Below are positions 49,409-58,931 of a stretch of DNA of 60,240 nt, piece after piece (positions within the stretch are counted from its first letter, which is position 1; every line of letters begins with the position of its first letter). Location: the NCBI GenBank assembly GCA_038842485.1, contig JAWBSP010000003.1, forward strand, positions 1 through 60,240, in the 5' to 3' direction. Below the pieces are notes generated by a model. That model saw nothing but the letters and a program-made list of their open reading frames with translations. It searched no databases and was not told the origin of the DNA. The DNA comes from Candidatus Hadarchaeales archaeon (GTDB lineage: Archaea; Hadarchaeota; Hadarchaeia; Hadarchaeales; JAWBSP01). The position numbers and the translations under genes are program-made.

Positions 49409-50134
49409 GTGTATTCCAGAAGGTGGGAGTACAGGGAAACGAGGATTTTGGTGAAAGCAAACTGCAAGGAAGCGGTGGAGGCGGCCATTAGGGGAGCCTG
49501 GAGGGCGCGGGTGGAGGTGGAGAAGTACGCGCTGAGATACCCGGTCTTCAGATACTCACTTGAGCCCATCAAGCTGAGGGGTAAACATCCGAGGGTTATT
49601 GAACTCATGCTCGAAGCCTCGGAAGCAGCGGGAGTGGGACCGTTCGCCGCCGTGGCCGGTGCGGTGGCTCAAGTCTCCTGCGAGAGCGGGATGCTCGGGG
49701 AGAACACCTCGATTCTTGTGGAGAACGGTGGAGATATCCAGCTTATGGGCCGGGGGAGATTCGTGGTGGGAATTTACGCCGGAGCATCACCCCTAAGCGG
49801 GAGAATCGCCTTTCGTGTGGAGCGGTCAGATATGCCCGCCGGAATATGCACCAGTTCGGGGACGGTTGGACCCTCGCTGAGCTTCGGGGAATCCGATGCC
49901 ACTACGGTGGTGGCGGATGAGGCGAGCCTAGCGGATGCGGCCGCCACCTCCATCGGAAACGAAATCAGAGGTGAACCCGAGGAATCGATCAAACGGGGGC
50001 TGGAGAAATTTGAGAGAATTCCCGGACTCAGAGGGTGCCTCATCATACGGGGAAAGCTGGCGGGAATGGCTGGCAGGCTCCCAGAGCTGCTCCCGGCTAG
50101 CCGGAAGACCCTGAAGGAATTGGATTTCGTCTAG
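49409..50134 (+). CDS. UPF0280 (ApbE-like) protein
   Basis: VGPFAAVAGA, VENGGDI, ICTSSGTVGPSLSFG, ADAAAT. Confidence 0.9.
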   Translation: MYSRRWEYRETRILVKANCKEAVEAAIRGAWRARVEVEKYALRYPVFRYSLEPIKLRGKHPRVIELMLEASEAAGVGPFAAVAGAVAQVSCESGMLGENTSILVENGGDIQLMGRGRFVVGIYAGASPLSGRIAFRVERSDMPAGICTSSGTVGPSLSFGESDATTVVADEASLADAAATSIGNEIRGEPEESIKRGLEKFERIPGLRGCLIIRGKLAGMAGRLPELLPASRKTLKELDFV

Positions 50135-50892
50135 CTCCCCACCCTCAAGTTCTGGTTGAGTTCCTTCAGTGTGGCGAGAACGGAATAGGCAGCTAGCTTG
50201 CTCGAGAGGGGGTTCTGCTCGAAGGGGAAATTCTCGATCCTGCAGTGGAAACTTCCCAGCTTGCCTTTCACCTTCACCTCATGTACCGTCTGCTTGGCCG
50301 AGGGATCCGCCACCACCCTAACCCTCAACTTATCCGCCCCCACCACCAGTGCAAGCGTCCCCGCAACATTTATGCTCCGGGGGAAGAGCCTAACCGCCTC
50401 CTGAACCCCTCCCTCGAAGAGAACACCCTGCTTCTCGCCAAACTTGACGGTGGTGAGCTCCACCTCCTCAACCCCTGCGAGCTGATGGGCCTTCAGAGCA
50501 TCCAGTCCGAGGATGGCTCCCGATGGAACGTACACCCTCCTCCCCAGTCTGGAGCAGGCTTCCATGATTCGCTGGAGGAGGTTGGGTTCCGTCAGCGCCC
50601 CCGTGCTGAGAATTAACAGGTCTTTTCCGGCTTCCAAAACCTTCAACGAGAACTCCCTCACCGCCTCTTGGGAAGCTGTTTCCACCACCAGCTCCACCCA
50701 CCTGTCTTGGAGGATTTGATCCACGCTCTCGGCGGGTCTCGGCCTGCTCCTGAGGGATGCGGAGAGTTTTAGAGCCTTTTCTGGGGTTTTATCGTAAACC
50801 CAAAGAAGTTCAACCGCGCCGGCCTTTCCCTCATCAATGCCCCTTGCCACCTCGCTACCGATGGCCCCGCAGCCGAGGAGCGCTACTCGCAT
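50131..50892 (-). CDS. nadX: L-aspartate dehydrogenase
   Basis: GCGAIG, ETASQ, SGAILGLD, FPRSINVA, NPLSSKLAA. Confidence 0.92.
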   Translation of the reverse strand: MRVALLGCGAIGSEVARGIDEGKAGAVELLWVYDKTPEKALKLSASLRSRPRPAESVDQILQDRWVELVVETASQEAVREFSLKVLEAGKDLLILSTGALTEPNLLQRIMEACSRLGRRVYVPSGAILGLDALKAHQLAGVEEVELTTVKFGEKQGVLFEGGVQEAVRLFPRSINVAGTLALVVGADKLRVRVVADPSAKQTVHEVKVKGKLGSFHCRIENFPFEQNPLSSKLAAYSVLATLKELNQNLRVGS

Positions 50893-50916
50893 CTAGTCAC
50901 TTAGGCGTGGTTGCTC

Positions 50917-51477
50917 TCACCTTTGAATCTCATCGATGATGGGTGCCCTCCTCCTCCACTCCTGAATCTCGGGATCAGTGAAAACATCCCTAGAGTCGAT
51001 GCTGAGGGAGGAGAACTCTGAAACAACTGCCCCCCGCGGCCCAGCCTGGAACCAGTGGAGCGTTTCGGGGGCAAGGGTGTACTGCTGCCCGGGCCTCAGA
51101 ACTATCTCGTGCCTAACTTTGAAGCAATCCTCTTTTCCCTTAGGTAGTCTAGCGTGAATTTTTGGAGTAGGGGGACCTGGAACATACAGGTAGACTATCC
51201 CCCACCTACACCTGAAGGTCTCCTGCTTGCCAGGGTTTGACTCATCGATTTTGGGATGCAGGTGCTCGGGACAGGTCTGGCGTGGCAGGAGGACAAGTTC
51301 CTTGGCGCAGTACCGCGGGGTGTTAACATAAACTAGCATCTCGAGCCCTATCTCCCTGATTCTTCCCAGACCGAAGTCCACCGCTGCAAATCTTTTTTTC
51401 TCCTCCGCAGTCAGTACAACCCCTGCCTTTTTGAGAATTTTCAGGGCCTCCCGCTTCGCCACCTCCAGCTCTTTCAT
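50917..51477 (-). CDS. D-lyxose/D-mannose ketol-isomerase (cupin)
   Basis: DFGLG, YCAKEL, CPEHLHP...GKQETFRCRWG, HWFQAG, SEFS. Confidence 0.88.
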   Translation of the reverse strand: MKELEVAKREALKILKKAGVVLTAEEKKRFAAVDFGLGRIREIGLEMLVYVNTPRYCAKELVLLPRQTCPEHLHPKIDESNPGKQETFRCRWGIVYLYVPGPPTPKIHARLPKGKEDCFKVRHEIVLRPGQQYTLAPETLHWFQAGPRGAVVSEFSSLSIDSRDVFTDPEIQEWRRRAPIIDEIQR

Positions 51478-51513
51478 AGAAATCTGTTCTTCCGGTCAAA
51501 AACAACTTCCGTT

Positions 51514-51591
51514 TGGTGGGGTCGCTGGGATTTGAACCCAAGTCACCGGCTCCCAAAGCCGGCAGGATAGACCAGGCTACCCCACGACCCC
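51514..51591 (-). tRNA. tRNA-Pro(TGG), CCA encoded
   Basis: GGGGTCG/CGACCCC-ACCA, CCGGC-TT-TGG-GA-GCCGG, GGTTCAAATCC. Confidence 0.96.
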
Positions 51592-51599
51592 ATCAACGA

Positions 51600-52058
51600 T
51601 TAGAGCGTCCTGCTGAAAACGGCGAACTGCCCGGGTGATTCCTCAACCCTCACCTCTACCCGTTTTAAATTGGGCGAGCCGATTCTCTCCAAAACCCTCT
51701 CCCCCAGTAGCCTCGCCAACTCCTCAGCCGTCACCTCTCGAAGGGGGAGAAGGAGAATGTCTCCCTCCGGGAAGAGATACTCTTTCCCCGCCGCCTCTAC
51801 CCTGAAGCCCCCGGCAACCCTGCCCATCCTGAGGTGCTGGCTGCGCTCGGGTAAGAGAACCCTGTGGTCTAGCTTGGAGCATTCTTCCTCCAGCACTTTC
51901 CTGAGTTCGAGAAAATCCAAAACCATTCCTCCCTCGTCTACCTCTCCCTCCACCGAAACCGAAACGCTCCAGTTGTGCCCGTGCAGGCGCTCGCATTTCC
52001 CGTGTCTAGCAATCAGGTGGGCAGCGCTGAACCGGATACCGGAAACCTCGATCCTCAA
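51600..52058 (-). CDS. queD: 6-carboxytetrahydropterin synthase
   Basis: FSAAH, CERLHGHN, LDF, LDH, TAEELA, ESP; TTG at 52058 overlaps the queE stop. Confidence 0.9.
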   Translation of the reverse strand: MRIEVSGIRFSAAHLIARHGKCERLHGHNWSVSVSVEGEVDEGGMVLDFLELRKVLEEECSKLDHRVLLPERSQHLRMGRVAGGFRVEAAGKEYLFPEGDILLLPLREVTAEELARLLGERVLERIGSPNLKRVEVRVEESPGQFAVFSRTL

Positions 52059-52807
52059 GGCAACCCCATCACTTTGTGAACTTGGGGAATAATCCTTACT
52101 TCCCTGAAACCGGCACAAGATGCCAAAAAGGACATCCTCAATAAATCCCTAGCGCTGGGTGGCTTAACCCTGCCAACTGGAGTGACTGGCTGAATGACGA
52201 GGGGGACACCAAGGGCGGAGGCTCTCTGACAGACCTTCGTAAAAATCCTCTGGGAGGAGGTTTTCATGACCACTACCTTAGCGAAAACTTCTATCCCTGC
52301 TGTCTTCGCCACCCGTATGCAGTCAAGCTCGCTCTCCAAGAGTTCCGCCCACTTGGAACTTGGAACAGCCCGATGATCCGGAAGCTTGAGATCCACACAA
52401 GCAAAATTGAGGAGCGGGGAAATCTTTCTCATAACCCTCGAATCCGTTCCCGCCGTTTCAAGGTAGGTTTTGAGCCCTTTCCTCCTCAGTCCCTTCAAGA
52501 GAGGGAAGAGAATCTCTGGGGAGGAGAGAGGTTCACCACCCGTTAGGGACACGCTGTGCAGGTCAGGGGTTCGGAGCCTCAGAACCTCCTGAACGATCTC
52601 CGGGGGGGTGAGCGGACTGAGAGTGCGGAACCTGCCAGAACCGGGTGAGGACTCCACCCTGCAGGAGGTCGCCGGCTCCCAGAATTGCTTGGTGTCGCAG
52701 TAAACGCACCTCAAGGGACATCCCGAGAACCTGATGAAGATCTGTCTCCTCCCCACATAAATGCCTTCTCCCTGAATCGAGCTGAAAATCTCCCCTATCT
52801 CCCCCAC
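52055..52807 (-). CDS. queE: 7-carboxy-7-deazaguanine synthase
   Basis: EIFSSIQGEG, FIRFSGCPLRCVYCDT, TGGEP, IPQVHK. Confidence 0.93.
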   Translation of the reverse strand: MGEIGEIFSSIQGEGIYVGRRQIFIRFSGCPLRCVYCDTKQFWEPATSCRVESSPGSGRFRTLSPLTPPEIVQEVLRLRTPDLHSVSLTGGEPLSSPEILFPLLKGLRRKGLKTYLETAGTDSRVMRKISPLLNFACVDLKLPDHRAVPSSKWAELLESELDCIRVAKTAGIEVFAKVVVMKTSSQRIFTKVCQRASALGVPLVIQPVTPVGRVKPPSARDLLRMSFLASCAGFREVRIIPQVHKVMGLP

Positions 52808-52847
52808 AAAAAACTACCCTAGATTTATCAAGCAAGGGACTGTTTTG

Positions 52848-53687
52848 ATGCTGTCCCCCCTCGCGCAACGCAAAATCGAGGAGCTCCTTTTGGAGGATAT
52901 CGGTTTTGGGGACCTTGCCAGCGAAACCCTTGACCCCAACCTAGAAGTGAGCGGCAGGATAATCTCCAAGGGTGAGGGGATAATCGCGGGCGTGGAGGAG
53001 GCCTCGTACGCCTTCTCAAGGTTAGGGGTGAGCGTCAAGGCAAGAAAGAAAGACGGGGAAAAAGTGAAACCCCAAGAAGTAATCCTAGAAGTAAAAGGAA
53101 AGGCGAGGGAGATTTTCGCGGCCGAGCGGACGGCCCTAAACTTGCTGATGTGGATGAGCGGAACAGCTACCGCTACGGCCGAGATGGTAAGAAAGGCTAG
53201 GGAGGTAAACCCCAAGGTGGTGGTGGCCTGCACTAGGAAAAGCCCCCTCCCGATTTTCGACAAAAAAGCCGTTCAGGCTGGTGGGGGCGACCCGCACCGC
53301 TTCCGCCTCGATGACTGTATACTTTTGAAACGCAACCACATCAAGGTTCTCAAAGGGGTGAAACAGGCACTCCAACGAATTCGGAAGAGCTTCACCAAAA
53401 AAGTGGAGGTGGAAGTGAAGAACGCGCAGGAGGCCTTGGAGGCGGCGAGACTGGGCGCGGACATCGTGATGCTAGACAACAGCTCGGTGGGAGAAGTTAG
53501 AAAAACCGTGGAACTCCTCAAGAAGGAAGGTTTGAAGGGAAAAGTGTTGGTCGAGGTTTCTGGGGGAATCAACCCCTCAAACATCGAGGAGTATGCGAGG
53601 GCGGGGCCGGACATCATCTCCTCAAGCTACATGACCATGCATGCCCCCGCGCTAGACCTCTCCTTGGAAATCGAGAGTACCTGCTGA
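52848..53687 (+). CDS. nadC: Quinolinate phosphoribosyltransferase
   Basis: EDIGFGD, ERTALN, TRK, HRFRLDD, EVEV, MLDN, SGGI. Confidence 0.95.
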   Translation: MLSPLAQRKIEELLLEDIGFGDLASETLDPNLEVSGRIISKGEGIIAGVEEASYAFSRLGVSVKARKKDGEKVKPQEVILEVKGKAREIFAAERTALNLLMWMSGTATATAEMVRKAREVNPKVVVACTRKSPLPIFDKKAVQAGGGDPHRFRLDDCILLKRNHIKVLKGVKQALQRIRKSFTKKVEVEVKNAQEALEAARLGADIVMLDNSSVGEVRKTVELLKKEGLKGKVLVEVSGGINPSNIEEYARAGPDIISSSYMTMHAPALDLSLEIESTC

Positions 53688-53754
53688 AAAATTGATCTGG
53701 GGGATACTCACGCGTGGAGTCCAAAAGAATTTATTTGTTCCAATACGATAAAGG

Positions 53755-54333
53755 ATGACCAAAAAATTGAAAGGAAGCAGAACGGAAAAAAACCTCATGA
53801 CTGCCTTTGCTGGGGAATCACAAGCTAGGAACAGATACACGTTCTATGCAGAGGTTGCAAGAAAGGAAGGATATGAACAGATCGCGGCAATATTTGAGGA
53901 AACCGCAGAAAACGAAAGAGCCCACGCTTTCAGGGAATTCCAGTTTTTAGAGGGCGGAGTGGTAGAAATCGTTGCCAAGTTCCCCGCCGGACCCATAGGG
54001 AACACGAAGGAGAACCTGAGAGCGGCTGCGGCTGGAGAACATGAGGAGTGGACAAAAATGTACCCTGAGTTTGAGAAGGTTGCGAGAGAGGAAGGGTTCG
54101 CTGAAATTGCGGAAATCTTTAAGGAGATAGGGGAAGTTGAGGAGCAACACGAGAAAAGGTTCTTGGCGCTATTGAGAAACCTCGAAAAGGGAGAGGTCTT
54201 CAAGAAACCAAAAGCGGTAAAATGGAAGTGCAGAAACTGCGGCTATGTGCATACTGGACCGAGTGCACCCAAAAAATGCCCAGCCTGCGGATATCCCCAG
54301 AGCTACTACGAGTTACTGTGCGAAAACTACTAA
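53755..54333 (+). CDS. rbr: Rubrerythrin
   Basis: AFAGESQARNRY, NERAHA, GEHEE, VEEQHE, WKCRNCGY...CPACG. Confidence 0.96.
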   Translation: MTKKLKGSRTEKNLMTAFAGESQARNRYTFYAEVARKEGYEQIAAIFEETAENERAHAFREFQFLEGGVVEIVAKFPAGPIGNTKENLRAAAAGEHEEWTKMYPEFEKVAREEGFAEIAEIFKEIGEVEEQHEKRFLALLRNLEKGEVFKKPKAVKWKCRNCGYVHTGPSAPKKCPACGYPQSYYELLCENY

Positions 54334-54345
54334 CCACAAACTCAC

Positions 54346-54474
54346 CACCGGGGTCAGAAAAGAGGTCGAGATAGGGCGTGGAGGAAGACAGGGGAACACA
54401 TAGATTTGGTGTTGTGGGATATGCACATTCAACGTGGTTATTAGGAGGAATGTTCCCCTACTTCTGCTCCGGTG
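54346..54474 (+). ncRNA. Candidate structured RNA or inverted-repeat element
   Basis: CACCGGGGTCAGAA (54346-54359) pairs with TTCTGCTCCGGTG (54462-54474); nested AGGGGAACA (54390-54398)/TGTTCCCCT (54451-54459). Confidence 0.4.
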
Positions 54475-54555
54475 AAAAGAAGCTAGGGCTCCCAGTTAAG
54501 AAACCCCCAAAAGTGGGAAAAATTAAGTTTAAATCCACATTCCAATCGTTTCCAG

Positions 54556-54771
54556 ATGGAAGAGCTTCCTCCCGACGCGAAAAAAGTGTACGAGGCCATG
54601 AAGCGCCTGGGAGCGACCAGTCCAAACTCTCTGAAGACCGCAGACGACATTGCGAGGGCCGCCAACCTGCCGAAGGGAAGAGTGACCAACGCACTCACCC
54701 TGATGACAAGCAAGGGAGTTGCAAAGAGAGTGGCGAGAGAGAAAGCAGCGGGGTACTACCTCCTCAAGTGA
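54556..54771 (+). CDS. Small basic winged-HTH DNA-binding protein
   Basis: 71 aa, KTADDIARAANLPKGRVTNALTLMTSKGVAKR; AT-rich TATA-like sequence upstream. Confidence 0.8.
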   Translation: MEELPPDAKKVYEAMKRLGATSPNSLKTADDIARAANLPKGRVTNALTLMTSKGVAKRVAREKAAGYYLLK

Positions 54772-54830
54772 CTAGCCATCAAAAAGCGGCTCTCCGGCTG
54801 TCGGGTTAGTGAAGGATAGTTGAATTTTTG

Positions 54831-55934
54831 ATGAGAAGAGGGTTAGCTGAGCTACCACTTCACGGGGGGAAATGCCCCCCTTGGCTTTTTGGCAGGATGA
54901 AAAGGCTAGGAGGGGCGATCACGAAGGTCATCGTAGATCAGTTCGGGAGGAAAGAGTTCCTGCGGAGAATGGCCGATCCCTTCTTTTTCCAGTCCTTGGG
55001 TTGCGCCCTTGGGTATGACTGGCACTCCAGCGGACTGACCACCGTCACGCTTGGGGCGCTAAAGGAGGGGATAGATCCAAGCCTAGGGATAGCGGTGTGC
55101 GGGGGAAAGGGGAAGGTCTCGAAGAGGACCCCCGAGGAGATAGAGAAAGCGGCCGAACTCTTCTCCCTCAGCGAGCAGAAGATGGAGAAACTTAAGTACG
55201 CCAGCAGGATGGCGGCGAAGGTGGACAACGCTTGTCTCCAGGACGGATACCAGCTCTACCATCACTGCTTCATCCTCTCAGAAGACGGGGAGTGGGTGGT
55301 GGTTCAGCAGGGGATGCATGAGTGCTGGGCCCGAAGATACCACTGGATTTCGGAGGGACTTGAGAGTTTCGTGGAGGAGCCCCACTCTGGAATTGCTGGG
55401 GAAAGAAGGGAAGAGGTAGTCTTGGATATGACGGCGAGGGCGAGCGAGGGGGCGAGGGAGAAGAGCCTAGAACTTGTGAGGGAGGATCCGCGCAACCTCC
55501 GCTCCTATGCAAGGGAGGCGGGACAGAAAACGCTGGATGAGTACCTCAAGAGAAATCCCCAGGTGAAGCTAATCATGCCTGCAGCACACGGCATCGAGAG
55601 GCTAACCGAGCAAACCATGGCCGCCCTGCAGAAAGCGCACGAGCTGAACCCCAAGGATTACGAGGAGCTGATCGCTATCCGCGGGGTTGGACCTAAAACC
55701 GTGAGAGCCCTAGCCCTCCTCTCCGACCTCATCTTCGGGAAACCTCCCTCTTGGAGGGATCCCGTCAAATATTCCTTCACGGTGGGAGGGAAGGACGGTG
55801 TTCCGTTCCCGGTTGACAAGCGGCACTACGATGAGGTGATAGAATTTCTACAACTGACGATCGAAGAGGCGGCCACCGATAGGGAGGAGAAGCTCCACGC
55901 CCTGAAGAGACTGGCCAGGTACATGCAGGTCTAA
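54831..55934 (+). CDS. DUF763 family protein
   Basis: GLAELPLHGG, DWHSSGLTT, AKVDNA..QDGY, GVGPKT, GGKDGVP. Confidence 0.9.
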   Translation: MRRGLAELPLHGGKCPPWLFGRMKRLGGAITKVIVDQFGRKEFLRRMADPFFFQSLGCALGYDWHSSGLTTVTLGALKEGIDPSLGIAVCGGKGKVSKRTPEEIEKAAELFSLSEQKMEKLKYASRMAAKVDNACLQDGYQLYHHCFILSEDGEWVVVQQGMHECWARRYHWISEGLESFVEEPHSGIAGERREEVVLDMTARASEGAREKSLELVREDPRNLRSYAREAGQKTLDEYLKRNPQVKLIMPAAHGIERLTEQTMAALQKAHELNPKDYEELIAIRGVGPKTVRALALLSDLIFGKPPSWRDPVKYSFTVGGKDGVPFPVDKRHYDEVIEFLQLTIEEAATDREEKLHALKRLARYMQV

Positions 55935-55965
55935 ACCTAAATCTTCTAAGACCAGATTTTTTGAT

Positions 55966-56051
55966 CCCGCGGTAACTCAGCCTGGTAGAGTGGCCGGCTG
56001 TAGACCCTGGCCGAAACCGGCATGTCGGGGGTTCAAATCCCTCCCGCGGGA
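55966..56051 (+). tRNA. tRNA-Tyr(GTA) with 12-nt intron at 37/38 (56004-56015)
   Basis: C1-G72 acceptor CCCGCGG/CCGCGGG-A, GCCGG-CT-GTA-G^A-CCGGC, GGTTCAAATCC. Confidence 0.93.
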
Positions 56052-56101
56052 CCCCAAAATACTTCTGGCTCTCGGGGATAAACTTACCAACCCACATTCT
56101 A

Positions 56102-56749
56102 ATGGAGATCCTCTACAGCGAGGAGGAACTGAAAGAGGAAATCGTCAAAACAAGCCGGATTCTATACGAGAGGGGTCTCATCACGGCGATAGGTGGAAAC
56201 ATCAGCGCTAGGATCCCTGGTGAAAGGGCCTTCTGGATAACGCCCAGCCAGCTCTGCAAGTCGGAACTTAAGCCAGAGGATATCGTGAAGCTGGACTTGG
56301 AATGCAACCAGCTGGAGGGGTTCCTGAAACCCTCCATCGAAAAGCTGATGCATGCTAGGGTTTACAAAGTTAGACCAGAAGCCAATGCGGTGGTCCATGC
56401 TCACAATCCCATCACCTTGGGACTTGTCTCAAGCGGGCTCTCCCTCCAGCCGGTGACCGATGAGGCCTGCATCTTGCTGAGGAAGCCGGAGGTCATCCCC
56501 TTTATTTTCCCAGGCACGGACAAGCTGGCTGATGCTGTGGAAGCAGCCGCGAGGAAGGGTGCGAAGCTGATCATCTTGGAGAATCACGGGGTGTTAGGTA
56601 TAGGATACGACCTGCTCGAGGCGAGGGCCATCGTGGAACTGGCGGAGGACATTTCGAGGATAATCATCATTTCGCATCTGTTGGGAAAGGAGCCGAAACC
56701 CATCCCTGAAGAGGATATAGAACTCTTCAAGAAACTCTACTGGAAATGA
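56102..56749 (+). CDS. Class II aldolase/adducin family (fuculose-1-phosphate aldolase-like)
   Basis: GGNISAR, ITPS, KPSIE..MH, VHAH, LENHG. Confidence 0.9.
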   Translation: MEILYSEEELKEEIVKTSRILYERGLITAIGGNISARIPGERAFWITPSQLCKSELKPEDIVKLDLECNQLEGFLKPSIEKLMHARVYKVRPEANAVVHAHNPITLGLVSSGLSLQPVTDEACILLRKPEVIPFIFPGTDKLADAVEAAARKGAKLIILENHGVLGIGYDLLEARAIVELAEDISRIIIISHLLGKEPKPIPEEDIELFKKLYWK

Positions 56750-58608
56750 AGATCGAGGGGGAGGAGGTGGGCGGGTATGCGGGAAAGCTCCTACGCGTAA
56801 ATCTTTCAAACAATTCCATAAAGGAAGAGGCGCTCTCGCTCAAAGATCTGGAATTCTTGGGAGGGGCGGGACTTGCCACCAGATACATATGCGAGAGGGT
56901 GAGTCCCCAAACGGATCCCCTCGGCCCCGAAAACTTGTTAGTCTTCATGACGGGTCCGCTCACCGGAACCTTTGTCCCCACCTCCAGCCGCTTCACCGTG
57001 GCTGCCAGATCCCCGCTCACCGGTGGATGGGGAGAGGCCCACGCGGCTGGCTTTTTTGGGGTGGAACTCAAGAAGGCGGGGTACGACGGGATTCTTATCG
57101 AGGGAAGGGCGAGCAGCCCCGTTTATCTTCTGATCAGGGACTCGGAGGTCGAAATCCGGGGCGCCGAGAGATACTGGGGAAAAGATGTGTACACCACCGA
57201 TGAGGAGCTGAAGAAGGAGCTGGGCGAGGGGTTCAACATCGCTGCCATCGGGCCGGCTGGCGAGAGGATGATTAAAATTGCCTCCATAGCCTCGAGCATC
57301 TCCCCCGGAGGTCCGAGAATTTGCGGAAGGTCGGGAATGGGGGCGGTTATGGGCTCCAAAAACCTGAAGGCGGTCGCGGTCAAGGGATCAGGAAAGGTTG
57401 AGGTCAAGGAACCGGGCAAACTCAGAGAATACCTGAGGAGAATCATGCTGTACATCATGTCCCAACCAACGGTCCAGAGGCTAGGAATGTGGGGCACGCC
57501 GGGAGAGATGGATGTCGCCCATGAGGTTTACGGGGACGTTCCCATAAAGAACTGGACACTCGGACTGCACGAGTGCGTGGAGAAGCTTTTCCAAGCCGTA
57601 TCTTCCAGAAGGTACATAAAAGAGGACAAAGGGTGCGTGGCCTGCCCCATCCGGTGCTGGAAGGTGATGGAGATGGAGGGCAGACTTGTGAGAGCACCGG
57701 AGTACGAGACGGTTGCCTCACTCGGGACCATGCTTCTCATCGACGATTACGAGAAGGTGGCCAAGCTGAACCTCCTTTGCAACAAGTATGGGATCGACAC
57801 CATCTCGGCTGGCACGGTCATCGCTTGGGCAATGGAGTGTTTTGAGCGCGGGATTCTCACCAAAGAAGAAGTAGGGTTGGATCTTAGGTGGGGGGATGCC
57901 GAGGCGGCCCTCCGGATGCTGGAACTCATCTGCAAAAGGGAGGGAATAGGTGAGCTTCTTGCGGAGGGTGTGAAGAAGGCCTCGGAAAAGGTCGGAAGGG
58001 GTTCCGAGAAGTTCGCCATGCACGTGAAGGGGCTTGAGCTTCCCATGCATGACCCGAGAGCCTTCAGCGGAATGGGACTCGTTTACGCCACCTCCAATCG
58101 GGGGGCCTGCCATCTCGCGGGCTGGCCGGTCTACAGGCTCGAACAGGGGGAGAGGATCGTCGACCTCGAAATATATGAGAGGGGTGAGAGGTTCGGGACG
58201 AAGGGGAAGGGGAGATACGTGGCCATCATCGAGGATTACATGATCCTGATAGAGAGTCTGCCCCTCTGCAAGTTCTTTCCCATAACCCCAGGACAGGTAG
58301 CCTCGGTTTACAGTTTGGCAACCGGCAGAACCCGAACTCTGAAGCAGCTCATGGAGGCATCGACCAGAATCTTCAACCTCCAGCGGTTATTCAATCTGGC
58401 GTGTGGGGTTAAGGAGGACGCTCTGCCACCTAGACTGCTTACCGAGCCGACGAGGGAGGGGGGATGCAGGGGGCAGACCGTGGATCTGGAACCCATGCTG
58501 AGAGAATACTATTCCTTCAGGGGATGGGATGAGAGAGGTGTCCCCAGCCTCCAGACCATCGAGAAATATCAACTGTCTGAATTTCGAAATCTTTTCTCGG
58601 CGGGTTGA
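56746..58608 (+). CDS. aor: Tungsten-containing aldehyde:ferredoxin oxidoreductase family
   Basis: SPLTG, GRSGMGAVMGSKNLKA, CVACPIRC, PEYET, GIDTIS, VKGLELP.HDPR, RGACH. Confidence 0.93.
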   Translation: MKIEGEEVGGYAGKLLRVNLSNNSIKEEALSLKDLEFLGGAGLATRYICERVSPQTDPLGPENLLVFMTGPLTGTFVPTSSRFTVAARSPLTGGWGEAHAAGFFGVELKKAGYDGILIEGRASSPVYLLIRDSEVEIRGAERYWGKDVYTTDEELKKELGEGFNIAAIGPAGERMIKIASIASSISPGGPRICGRSGMGAVMGSKNLKAVAVKGSGKVEVKEPGKLREYLRRIMLYIMSQPTVQRLGMWGTPGEMDVAHEVYGDVPIKNWTLGLHECVEKLFQAVSSRRYIKEDKGCVACPIRCWKVMEMEGRLVRAPEYETVASLGTMLLIDDYEKVAKLNLLCNKYGIDTISAGTVIAWAMECFERGILTKEEVGLDLRWGDAEAALRMLELICKREGIGELLAEGVKKASEKVGRGSEKFAMHVKGLELPMHDPRAFSGMGLVYATSNRGACHLAGWPVYRLEQGERIVDLEIYERGERFGTKGKGRYVAIIEDYMILIESLPLCKFFPITPGQVASVYSLATGRTRTLKQLMEASTRIFNLQRLFNLACGVKEDALPPRLLTEPTREGGCRGQTVDLEPMLREYYSFRGWDERGVPSLQTIEKYQLSEFRNLFSAG

Positions 58609-58661
58609 ACGCGCTCGACAAGTGCCTAGGAAAACGCAAAAACGGCACCCCCCAGTTTTAG

Positions 58662-58931
58662 ATGGCTGTGAAGGTAAGATTGTTTGGCGAATTCAGAGAG
58701 CTGGCTGGGGAGAAGGAAGTCCTTGTGGATGCAGACAGGTTGGCGGAGGTCCTGGAGAAACTTGTGAGGAGATACAAACAGTTGGAGGGTGCTCTCTTGG
58801 AGGGAGGAAAACTCAAGAAGTACGTGAGCATTTTCGTGAACAACCGGCCGAGCTGGGAGCTGCAGGAGATGGAAACACCCCTGAAGGATGGAGACACTGT
58901 TGCCATTTTCTCCCCCGTGGCCGGAGGCTGA
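58662..58931 (+). CDS. moaD: MoaD/SAMP ubiquitin-like sulfur carrier
   Basis: Beta-grasp size (89 aa), C-terminal PVAGG. Confidence 0.9.
   Translation: MAVKVRLFGEFRELAGEKEVLVDADRLAEVLEKLVRRYKQLEGALLEGGKLKKYVSIFVNNRPSWELQEMETPLKDGDTVAIFSPVAGG

Noticed and set aside
54378-54809. 143-aa ORF spanning the stem element and the wHTH gene
   Set aside because: Overlaps the convincing 71-aa gene in another frame and has no recognisable features
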